Positions 19,047 to 26,821 of a DNA stretch of 64,000 bases are shown in pieces (position 1 is the first letter of the stretch; each line of letters starts with the position of its first letter). This DNA is from an uncultured Christensenellaceae bacterium (GTDB taxonomy: Bacteria; Bacillota; Clostridia; Christensenellales; Christensenellaceae). The stretch covers positions 11,776 through 75,775 of the forward strand of contig CAYVTZ010000010.1 in the NCBI GenBank assembly GCA_964454685.1, given 5' to 3'. Position numbers and translations under genes: made by a program. Under the pieces are notes generated by a model, which saw only the letters and a program-made list of their open reading frames with translations, was not told the origin of the DNA and searched no databases.

Positions 19047-19136
19047 GGATAGCCTCTCCTCTCACGCCAGATTTTCATTCCTACCTGCGATCGTGCGCTC
19101 CGCGCGTACCTTTATTCTACATTCTGCATTTTCTGC

Positions 19137-19200
19137 CGCTCTTGGGGCATTCCAGCCCTCTATCGCTCCACAACGCAGTAGCTTTCAGCCAATCGCTCGT
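19137..19200. repeat. Partial copy of the 106-bp repeat unit
   Basis: CGCTCTTGGGGCATTCCAGCCCTCTATCGCTCCACAACGCAGTAGCTTTCAGCCAATCGCTCG is near-identical to the first ~60 nt of the units at 19437 and 19543. Confidence 0.8.
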
Positions 19201-19436
19201 CGTCGCAAAGTTCGCTCCGCTCCGCTTCACGCTCCCGCGCAAAGCTGCACACGCTCTCTTGCGTCTCCTCTACCCCACAAAACCCTATTCCCTCGCCACT
19301 GTCGTCAGAAATCAATCGTTTTTCAAGGTCAGAGACCGACGAAAAACATCTTCTTGCTGGGGGATTCTCAAAGGGGTGAACGCAGTTTCCCCTTTGAAAT
19401 TGCCGATAGGCAATGCCAGCGGGAACCCCTTCTACG

Positions 19437-19660
19437 CGCTCTCGGGGCATTCCAGCTCTCTGTCACTCCTCAACGCAGTAGCTTTCAGCCAATCACTTCG
19501 TTCTTGGGAAAGCCTTGCGTGCGTTTTGCCAGCCAATCGCTCCGCTCTTGGGGCATTCCAGTCCTCAATCACTCCTCAACGCAGTAGCTTTCAGCCAATC
19601 ACTTCGTTCTTGGGAAAGCCTTGCGTGCGTTTTGCCAGCCAATCGCTCCGCTCTTGGGGC
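19437..19660. repeat. Tandem direct repeat, 106-bp unit, two full copies plus the start of a third
   Basis: CGCTCT(C/T)GGGGCATTCCAG... begins at 19437, 19543 and 19649, an exact 106-nt period. Each unit contains two related sub-motifs, CAGCCAATC(A/G)CT(T/C)CG(T/C)TCTTGGG. Confidence 0.85.
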
Positions 19661-19695
19661 AAAACGCAAAGAGCCGCACCACGCGGCACGGCTCT
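19655..19695 (-). terminator. Probable intrinsic terminator of the abfD-4hbD operon
   Basis: On the minus strand, the AGAGCCG...CGGCTCT hairpin is followed by TTTGCGTTTTG, starting 14 nt after the 4hbD stop. Confidence 0.5.
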
Positions 19696-19708
19696 CCATG
19701 TTCTAAAA

Positions 19709-20821
19709 TCAATACAGCGATTTGTAAATCCCGTACACCGCGTCTTTGGACAGTTCCACATAGTTATTGCCCATCAGGCGTTGCTGTTTTTCCATCACAT
19801 TCTGTGTGAAGGTGTCCAAATCCTGCTCGGTCACGCCATATTCCCGCAACGGCTTACGCTGGATGATCCGGTTGAGCAGCTTTTCCATCTCCACATACAC
19901 ATCTGCTTCACCGCAGCCCAAAATCTGCGCGATAAAGCGGTTCATCTTCTTGATCTTGCCTTCGGAGTCAATGCTCATGTATGCTTTAAACACACCAATC
20001 AGCAGGCAATAATTCGCCTCGCCGTGCGGCACGTGATACATACCGCCCAGCGGGTAGCTCATTGCATGCACCGCAGCGCAGCCCGCATTGCCAAACGCGA
20101 TTCCCGCATAGTTGCTGGCAATCAGGAAGTCTTTCAACAGCGGAATACGCGCCTCTTCACCGTCCTTCGCAATCACCTTGTAACCTTCCAGAATCATGCG
20201 AATCGCTTCGTAACCGAACAGCTCCGTATATGGTGTCGCCTTCGGGGAAAGCGAGGATTCCAGCGCGTGGATCAGCGCATCGATCGAGCTGGTCGCAAAA
20301 AATTTAAACGGCAGACCCTTCAATAGTTCCGGAATCAGCACGGCGCTGTCCGCATACATCTCGTCAACTGCAAGACCCATTTTTGTATGGCGGCTTTTCA
20401 GCTCTAAAATCGAGATGTTGGTCACTTCACTGCCCGTACCGCACGTCGTAGGTACCAGCACAAGTTCCTTCGCCTTGATGATCTCCGCCTTGCGATCATA
20501 CAGATCCAAAATCGGCGCAACATTTTTCAGCGCAAAAATCTTGGAGATATCAATGATGGTGCCGCCGCCGATTGCGATAATGCGCTTGTAATTGCCCTTC
20601 ATATCGGCATACATCGCCTCCGCCATTTCGTCAGACGGCTCGCCTGCTCCGTATTTTTCCTGATACATCACGTCCGCTTTCAGGTTCATTGTCCCAAAGT
20701 ACGGCTGGTAGATATACTCATTGGTGATGATGAGGTCTCCCTCACCGATTTTGTATTCCTCCGCAAACTCTTTGCAAGTGTCGAAGGAAAAAATGTCCGG
20801 TTTAATGGTCAATGCTTTCAT
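19709..20821 (-). CDS. 4hbD: NAD-dependent 4-hydroxybutyrate dehydrogenase (iron-type alcohol dehydrogenase family)
   Basis: 370 aa. It is collinear with my memory of C. kluyveri 4HbD: GEPSDEM, VPTTCGTGSEVTN, SNYAGIAFGNAG, YHVPHGEANY and RKPLREYG. Confidence 0.85.
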   Translation of the reverse strand: MKALTIKPDIFSFDTCKEFAEEYKIGEGDLIITNEYIYQPYFGTMNLKADVMYQEKYGAGEPSDEMAEAMYADMKGNYKRIIAIGGGTIIDISKIFALKNVAPILDLYDRKAEIIKAKELVLVPTTCGTGSEVTNISILELKSRHTKMGLAVDEMYADSAVLIPELLKGLPFKFFATSSIDALIHALESSLSPKATPYTELFGYEAIRMILEGYKVIAKDGEEARIPLLKDFLIASNYAGIAFGNAGCAAVHAMSYPLGGMYHVPHGEANYCLLIGVFKAYMSIDSEGKIKKMNRFIAQILGCGEADVYVEMEKLLNRIIQRKPLREYGVTEQDLDTFTQNVMEKQQRLMGNNYVELSKDAVYGIYKSLY

Positions 20822-20906
20822 GGTTCAAACTCCTATCTTTCACCGGCGGCACATTGCCGCTTACAAATTGCGTGTCGAAAAACGGCGCATTATTTTTTCG
20901 GTCGCA

Positions 20907-22211
20907 TTACGCATCATAAACGCAATGGAACTTTTTCTCAAAAAACTCAATCAGCTCCGCACGGAAATCGGGGTGCGCAATCGCAATCAAGCGTTTTGCA
21001 CGTTCGCGCAGCGTGATGCCGCGCAAGTCCGCAATGCCGTACTCGGTAATCACATATTGCACATCATAGCGTGTGGTGGTCACTGCCGCGCCTTCGTCGA
21101 TAATCGGCACAATCTTAGAGACCTTGCCCTTTGCCGTGGAGGGCATTGCCATAATGCTGCGCCCGTTTCGGCTCATTGCCGCGCCGCGCACAAAGTCGAC
21201 CTGTCCGCCCACGCCGCTGATCTGGTTGTGTCCCACTGATGTGGAAACCACCTGCCCCATCAAATCCACCTGTACACAGGAATTAATGGACACCAAATTG
21301 TCATTCTGCGCGATGACCAGCGGATCGTTTACATAGTCCACCGGATAAATTCCCACCGCCGGGTTATCGTCTAAGTAATCGTACAAACGCCGCGTGCCCA
21401 TGGCAAAGGTCAATACGCTTTTGCCGGGATGCAGCGTCTTGCATTTGTTGGTAATCACGCCTGCCTCAACCAGCTCTACCACGCCGTCTGAGAACATTTC
21501 GCTGTGGATGCCGAGGTCCTTCTTATCCTTCAAAAACAGCAATACCGCATCCGGAATCGCGCCGATGCCCAGTTGCAGGCAGTCGCCGTCATGGATGAGC
21601 GATGCGCAGTTTTCGCCAATCGCCTTTTCCACATCCGTGATGGTCGGATTAGGCAACTCCAGCATAGGCAGATCGCACTCCACAATCGCGGTCAATTCGC
21701 TGATATGCACGAAAGAATCCCCGTGAATGCGCGGCATATTTTTGTTCACTTGCGCCAGCACGATGTTCGCCTGCTTCACACCTTCCATCGTATAGTCCAC
21801 CGAAACGCCCAAGCTCACATAGCCATGCGCATCCGGCGGCGATACCTGAACCACCGCAACATCCGGTTTGCAGTTGGTGCGCAAACGCTCCGGCTCTTTG
21901 GAAAAATATACCGGCGTGATATCCGCACGCCCTTCCGCGCAAGCTTTGCGGGCGTTTGCCCCCAAAAAGAACGCATTGTGTCTAAAATGTTTTTCCATTC
22001 CGGGTTCGCAATACCCCGCTTTTCCCAGACTAACCATGTGGATGATTTCCACATCTTCATACGCCTGCGCGTTCGCAACCAGCGCGTCTGTCAGCGCAAC
22101 GGGTTCTCCTGCCGCGTGCCCAATCACAATCCGGTCGCCCGGCTTGATGAGCTTCACCGCTTCCTCCGCACTCGTCAGTCGTTGTTGATAGATTTCCTTC
22201 CAATTCGTCAT
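20907..22211 (-). CDS. abfT: 4-hydroxybutyrate CoA-transferase
   Basis: 434 aa acetyl-CoA hydrolase/transferase family protein. Its context between abfD and 4hbD matches that in Clostridium aminobutyricum and Porphyromonas gingivalis. Confidence 0.8.
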   Translation of the reverse strand: MTNWKEIYQQRLTSAEEAVKLIKPGDRIVIGHAAGEPVALTDALVANAQAYEDVEIIHMVSLGKAGYCEPGMEKHFRHNAFFLGANARKACAEGRADITPVYFSKEPERLRTNCKPDVAVVQVSPPDAHGYVSLGVSVDYTMEGVKQANIVLAQVNKNMPRIHGDSFVHISELTAIVECDLPMLELPNPTITDVEKAIGENCASLIHDGDCLQLGIGAIPDAVLLFLKDKKDLGIHSEMFSDGVVELVEAGVITNKCKTLHPGKSVLTFAMGTRRLYDYLDDNPAVGIYPVDYVNDPLVIAQNDNLVSINSCVQVDLMGQVVSTSVGHNQISGVGGQVDFVRGAAMSRNGRSIMAMPSTAKGKVSKIVPIIDEGAAVTTTRYDVQYVITEYGIADLRGITLRERAKRLIAIAHPDFRAELIEFFEKKFHCVYDA

Positions 22212-22480
22212 ATTGCCTCTCCCATCTGTTTGATTTCTTCCAGCAATGTGCTGTATGCCTCGTCATGTGTCAGAATGCTGCGCCCGTGCTTGCCCATTAG
22301 ACCGTCAATCTGCGCGCATGCACTGTTGCAGCCGCACACCACCACCACATAATCAAGTTGGTCGTCTGGCTGCGCCGATACGATCTCGCTGTCCGGAAAA
22401 TCATTCCGCAGACGCTGTGCGATATCCGTTCTGTCAAAGCGCGGGTTGCATCCCCCGCAGTATTTAATCCCGATCTTCAC
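22208..22480 (-). CDS. Small Cys-rich protein (YCGGCNP / VCGCNSAC motifs), function unknown
   Basis: 90 aa. It is translationally coupled on both sides, with a 17-nt overlap with nfu and an ATGA overlap with abfT. Confidence 0.5.
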   Translation of the reverse strand: MKIGIKYCGGCNPRFDRTDIAQRLRNDFPDSEIVSAQPDDQLDYVVVVCGCNSACAQIDGLMGKHGRSILTHDEAYSTLLEEIKQMGEAI

Positions 22481-22769
22481 GCCGTTCCCTTCTCTGCCTC
22501 AAAATCTGTTTCGCCATGCCGATGGTTTCGTCGCTGACGCCCGTTACCAAAATCACATCGGCAATTTCGGGAATCGTGTCTTTCACTTCCGCACTCACGA
22601 TGCCTTCCAGCGTTGCAGAGGCGGAAGGGCAGTTTTGGCACGCGCCCAAAAAGCGTACCTTAAGTACGCCGTCTTCCAAACTGACAATCTCTAAATCGCC
22701 GTCATGCCCCGCCAACGTCGGGCGTACTTTTTCCGCAATCACTCGCTCCACACGCTGCCGTAAATCCAT
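22464..22769 (-). CDS. NifU C-terminal domain (Nfu-like) Fe-S scaffold/carrier protein
   Basis: 101 aa. GHDGDLEIVSLEDGVLKVRFLGACQNCPSASATLEG is the Nfu CxxC motif. A NifU-like gene sits between abfT and abfD in P. gingivalis, from memory. Confidence 0.75.
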   Translation of the reverse strand: MDLRQRVERVIAEKVRPTLAGHDGDLEIVSLEDGVLKVRFLGACQNCPSASATLEGIVSAEVKDTIPEIADVILVTGVSDETIGMAKQILRQRRERREDRD

Positions 22770-22785
22770 GTTCTTGTATCACTCC

Positions 22786-22815
22786 GTTCTTTTCTTTTGG
22801 AAAAAAGAAAAGAAC
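22786..22815 (-). promoter_or_regulatory. Perfect 13-bp A/T-only hairpin just upstream of the nfu RBS
   Basis: GTTCTTTTCTTTT-GGAA-AAAAGAAAAGAAC. Confidence 0.35.
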
Positions 22816-23014
22816 CAAAAGAAAATCAATTTGTCTTACTCTGTTCTACCCATTCTCGCGTCAGCGAAAGGGGCACAACCCCCACAGAACGAACACAGGC
22901 GCGCATCGCGCGCCCTCATTCCTTCTTCGTCGGGGCAACCTGCGGTCGCCCCTTATTTCGCGCAGTTACGCGCGCCCTCATACTTCTTTTTTAATCAAAC
23001 TTCTCAGTTGAATT

Positions 23015-24463
23015 TTATTCCTCAACGTGCGCAATCGTCTTTGCCAGCTTCTTCTTCATTTCCAGATTGCCCTGACGCGCGATCATGATACGCTGTGCCT
23101 GCGGGCTGCCCGCGCCGTGCATGGATTCTGTGCGGTATCCAACCGCCGCCGTACCCAACGCAAGGTTTTCAATCAAGCGCAGAATGCGCAAACGGTTTTC
23201 TGTCGAAACGCTGGAAACGCCCTTGAGGTATTTCTCCACATACTTGCCCAGCTTCGGATCGCGGAAGTCCTTCTCGGAAGGAGCCGTAACCACCACTCCA
23301 CCTGCAATGTCCTCCGCAAGCCGCACGATCTCGTACGGGAAGCGCGTCACGTTCTGTTTGCAAACATTCGCCAGCAAAAGATCGATCATGTAGTTGCCCG
23401 CGGGCATCTGATGCCCCTCAGCCGAGCACGCGATTCCGCATGCGAACAATGTCTCGTTCAGATGTGTCATCTCGATCAGCTTGTCCTTGATGTGCGAAGC
23501 CTTTGCCGCGCCATTGTAGTCCGCCGCAACCGCAGCCGCGCCGATCAGCACATCGCCCACGCCAACTTTGCAGCCGCCATAGCTCTGACGGTGATATCCC
23601 GCAAAGCGCTCCACCAGCATGCCGGCAAACTCGGTCTCGCCATTCAAGAAGATACGGTCATTGGGCACAAACACATCGTCGAAAATGGTCAGTGCTTCTA
23701 CGCCGCCAAACTCCGCGTTTCCTACATCAATATCGCCGCCTTCCAGCTTGCGCGTGTCGCAGGACTGACGCCCGATGATCATAAACAGACCTTCCGCGTC
23801 CAGCGGCACCGCAAAGGAAACCGCATAGTCCTTGTCCTCCGGGCGCATTGCCACTGTGGGCATCACGATGACCTCGTGAGAGTTGAGCATACCCGTCTGA
23901 TGCGCCTTTGCGCCGCGCACCACGATGCCGTCCGGGCGGCGTTCCACCACGCGCAGATAAAGATCAGGATCTTCCTGCTGGTGCGGTGCCAATCCGCGAT
24001 CGCCTTTCGGGTCCGTCATTGCGCCGTCAATGGTCAGGTCATTGTCCTGACAATATTTCATAAACTTCAAGAAATTCTCATGATAGTTCGTACCACAAGC
24101 CTTGTCCGTTTCAAATGTCGTGCTGTAAACCGCATTAAATGCGTCCATACCAACGCAACGCTGGAAGCACGCCGCCGTTTTCTGACCCAGCAAGCGCTGC
24201 ATCTTCACCTTTTTCACAAGGTCGTCCGTGTTGCGGTGAATGTTGGTAAAGCGGTTGATTTTACGGCCATCCTCCAACGTGACGGTCATCAAATCTTCAT
24301 ATTCGGGCATCTGCGCCAAATCATACGTCATGCGCACCGAATTAAGCGACGGTCTCAAAATCGGATCGTCCACCGGATTTTCGATTTTCTCGCCGAACAT
24401 GTAAACCTGCATGTTGATTTTGCGAATACTCTCGATGTACTGTTCCCCTGTCATAAGTGCCAT
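23015..24463 (-). CDS. abfD: 4-hydroxybutyryl-CoA dehydratase / vinylacetyl-CoA delta-isomerase
   Basis: 482 aa. It is near-collinear with my memory of C. aminobutyricum AbfD: MTGEQYIESIRK, KMQRLLGQKTAxCFQRCVGMDAFNA, ERFAGYHRQSYGGCKVGVGDV and SMHGAGSPQAQRIMIARQGN. Confidence 0.9.
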   Translation of the reverse strand: MALMTGEQYIESIRKINMQVYMFGEKIENPVDDPILRPSLNSVRMTYDLAQMPEYEDLMTVTLEDGRKINRFTNIHRNTDDLVKKVKMQRLLGQKTAACFQRCVGMDAFNAVYSTTFETDKACGTNYHENFLKFMKYCQDNDLTIDGAMTDPKGDRGLAPHQQEDPDLYLRVVERRPDGIVVRGAKAHQTGMLNSHEVIVMPTVAMRPEDKDYAVSFAVPLDAEGLFMIIGRQSCDTRKLEGGDIDVGNAEFGGVEALTIFDDVFVPNDRIFLNGETEFAGMLVERFAGYHRQSYGGCKVGVGDVLIGAAAVAADYNGAAKASHIKDKLIEMTHLNETLFACGIACSAEGHQMPAGNYMIDLLLANVCKQNVTRFPYEIVRLAEDIAGGVVVTAPSEKDFRDPKLGKYVEKYLKGVSSVSTENRLRILRLIENLALGTAAVGYRTESMHGAGSPQAQRIMIARQGNLEMKKKLAKTIAHVEE

Positions 24464-24625
24464 AATGTTCTTTCCTTTCTTGGTTCCAATCTATCCTGCG
24501 CGGAACATCCCGCCACCGTGCGGCGCGCATTCCTTCGCATATCTTTACATCTTTATTATACTACCAATGTGCTCTTCTGGCACTACTAAATTGTGGATTT
24601 TTTATAAATTTTCCTAAATTTTCGT

Positions 24626-24646
24626 GTTGATTCGCCGCAAATCAAC
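24626..24646. promoter_or_regulatory. Inverted repeat GTTGATT-N7-AATCAAC between the response regulator gene and abfD
   Basis: Perfect 7-bp arms. No U-tract follows on the minus strand, so an operator or weak attenuator is more likely than a terminator. Confidence 0.25.
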
Positions 24647-24682
24647 CACTTTCACACATCATTTGATCAAAAAGGCAGCATT

Positions 24683-25372
24683 TCACGCACCTTCGTTTTC
24701 CACGCCGTGCCATTGATATACCACGGCGGGATGCCCCCCTGTCCGGTAATCCACCTTGCTCTGGATATGTCCCGCATCCAGCAGCTGTTTGAGGTATCGC
24801 CGCGCCGTCACCACAGAAATATGCAGCCGTTGCGCCAGCTCCTTCACTGTAAATGCGTGCCCCTTCGCCTTGCGCAAGCATAGTAGTACCTCCTGCGCCC
24901 GTTCGTTCAGCTCCGACCACCCGCACGCCTCACGATCAAAGTGCAGCAGGCAATCCGCCAGTTTCTGATCGGCGCCGCGCGCACCCGTGCGAAAACGCAG
25001 CCGCGTCTGGCAAGCGTCCAGACATACCCGAAACCGTTCATATTCCAGCGGTTTGATCAAGTAATCCACAGCCCCCAGCTGCAACGCGCCGCGCATGGTC
25101 TCCCCATTGCTGTCCGAGGTCACCGCCACCACATCCAGTTCCATGTCCTCACGCAGCAAGTCGCGCAGGAATGTCTCTCCCTGCTCATCCGGCAGCCGCA
25201 TTTCCAAAAACACAACATCTGCGTGGTGCTCGCGCAAAAACGCAAGCGCCTGCTTTCCCGCATCAAACATCGCCGTCACGATAAAGCGTCCGTCCGCTTC
25301 CAGCAAGGCGCACGTCCGCTCCCGTCCTTCCGGCGAGGCATCCACCAAAACTGCTCGATACGTTCCTTCCAT
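24683..25372 (-). CDS. CitB/DcuR/CitT-family response regulator with Glu at the phospho-acceptor position
   Basis: Hand alignment to CitT. ADVVFLEMRLPDEQG aligns with PDLLLLDVYMPDELG, so Asp is replaced by Glu. The acidic pair EDD is DAS. Thr (VAVTSD) and Lys (YLIKP) are retained. The C-terminal HTH is ISVVTARRYLKQLLDAGHIQSKVDYRTGGHPAVVYQW. The ATG at 25372 lies about 10 nt after the hydrogenase stop, with GAGG upstream. Confidence 0.7.
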   Translation of the reverse strand: MEGTYRAVLVDASPEGRERTCALLEADGRFIVTAMFDAGKQALAFLREHHADVVFLEMRLPDEQGETFLRDLLREDMELDVVAVTSDSNGETMRGALQLGAVDYLIKPLEYERFRVCLDACQTRLRFRTGARGADQKLADCLLHFDREACGWSELNERAQEVLLCLRKAKGHAFTVKELAQRLHISVVTARRYLKQLLDAGHIQSKVDYRTGGHPAVVYQWHGVENEGA

Positions 25373-25382
25373 CACGCCTCAC

Positions 25383-26804
25383 TTATGCGTCAAAAACGCG
25401 AATCGCATCCACAATCTGCTTTTCCATCGCTTCCACGCCGTATTTATCCACTTCGCGCTTATCTTTCGCGCCATGTGTCAGGCAACCCGCGCCACCGATG
25501 CAGCCGTCCTTGCATGCCATACCCTCAAAAAAGTTACCGTCCGGCACCCCTTTCGCCAGCTTGAGCAGTGCAACGCGGCATTCCTCGATGCCATCGCAAA
25601 CCACCGGCTGAAAGTCAAAATCTTCCAGCTCCTGCTCGCGCAAGCCTTCCTTCACCGCATCCTTCAAACCACCGCTGCGCGCAAAAATTCTTCCAAAGTA
25701 GGAGGCATTGTTCAGCACTCCTTCCTCCAACGTCGTAATGTCGATATCCCGCGCGTCAAACAACGCCTGCAATTCCTCAAAGGTGATCACCGCATCCACA
25801 TAATCGGATACCAGCCGCTGCTCCTCTTTTTTTGCAATACACGGCCCGATAAACACCACTTTCGCTCCGGGCGTCGTCTCCTTGATCTTTTTTGCTATGG
25901 TCGCCATAGGCGAAAGATTATGCGAGATATGCTGCGCAAGCTGCGGAAACTGCGTCCGCACATACTTCACAAATGCCGGGCAGCACGAACTGGTCAGCAA
26001 TCCCTTCTCCACCAGCTCCCGCGCCTCGGCATACGCCACCATGTCCGCGCCCAGCGCCGCTTCCACCGTATGAAAGAACCCCAGCTTTTCCAAGCCGGTA
26101 ATCACCTGCCCCAGCTTTGCATAGCTAAATTGGCTGGAAATGGACGGAGCCACCACCGCATACACTTTGTATTTGGTGTTGCTTTCGCTCTTTTTCAGTA
26201 GGTCGATCACACGCAGCATATACGATTTATCCATGATCGCGCCAAACGGGCACATGTAAACACACGCGCCGCACGCCGTACATTTTTCGTTGTCGATGCT
26301 CGCCACCTTGTCTTTGTTCATGGAGATCGCCTTCAGTTTGCAGGCCTTTTCGCAAGGTCGCTTGTTGACCATAATCGCGCTGTACGGACAAACATCCGCG
26401 CATTTGCCGCATTCCACACATTTTGTCTTGTCAATGTGCGCCTTCTGGAAGCTGTCAAAAACGATCGCATCCTTCGGACAAACGTCACGGCAACGGTGCG
26501 CAATACAGCCGCGGCATGCTTCGGAAACCGCAAACCCTGCCACCGGGCATTCGTCGCAGGCAATGTCGATGACTTCCACCACATTGGGATTCTCCGTATC
26601 GCCGCCCATCGCCAGCTTCACGCGCTCCGCAAGAATCGCCCTCTCTTTATAAACACAGCAACGCATCGTCGGCTCGTTGCCCGGCACGATGATTTTAGGG
26701 ATATCCGCCACTTTTTCCAGCAATCTGTCGTCAAACGCATGCCGCGCCACCTCGCGCAGCACCTTATATTTCAAATATTGTACATTGGTATCAAATTTAT
26801 GCAT
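25383..26804 (-). CDS. [FeFe]-hydrogenase catalytic subunit with N-terminal ferredoxin-like clusters
   Basis: 473 aa. H-cluster motifs are TSSCCPAFV, GPCIAKKEE and FEGMACKDGCIGGAGC. Several CxxCxxCxxxCP motifs are present. The subgroup (possibly group B or a HydA2-like type) cannot be assigned by eye. Confidence 0.85.
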   Translation of the reverse strand: MHKFDTNVQYLKYKVLREVARHAFDDRLLEKVADIPKIIVPGNEPTMRCCVYKERAILAERVKLAMGGDTENPNVVEVIDIACDECPVAGFAVSEACRGCIAHRCRDVCPKDAIVFDSFQKAHIDKTKCVECGKCADVCPYSAIMVNKRPCEKACKLKAISMNKDKVASIDNEKCTACGACVYMCPFGAIMDKSYMLRVIDLLKKSESNTKYKVYAVVAPSISSQFSYAKLGQVITGLEKLGFFHTVEAALGADMVAYAEARELVEKGLLTSSCCPAFVKYVRTQFPQLAQHISHNLSPMATIAKKIKETTPGAKVVFIGPCIAKKEEQRLVSDYVDAVITFEELQALFDARDIDITTLEEGVLNNASYFGRIFARSGGLKDAVKEGLREQELEDFDFQPVVCDGIEECRVALLKLAKGVPDGNFFEGMACKDGCIGGAGCLTHGAKDKREVDKYGVEAMEKQIVDAIRVFDA

Positions 26805-26821
26805 TCCATTTCCTTTCGCAT

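Noticed and set aside
19137-19660. Possible CRISPR array.
   Set aside because: The period is 106 bp and the sequences between repeat cores are themselves repeated, so there are no unique spacers. No cas genes are present in the window.
24626-24646. Intrinsic terminator after the response-regulator gene.
   Set aside because: The stem is only 7 bp, the loop is 7 nt, and no U-tract follows on the transcribed strand. It is kept only as a low-confidence regulatory inverted repeat.
25383-26804. Trimeric electron-bifurcating HydABC hydrogenase.
   Set aside because: No NuoF-like (HydB) subunit is adjacent. The only NuoE-like element is the 79-aa 2Fe-2S protein at the head of the hydS operon.
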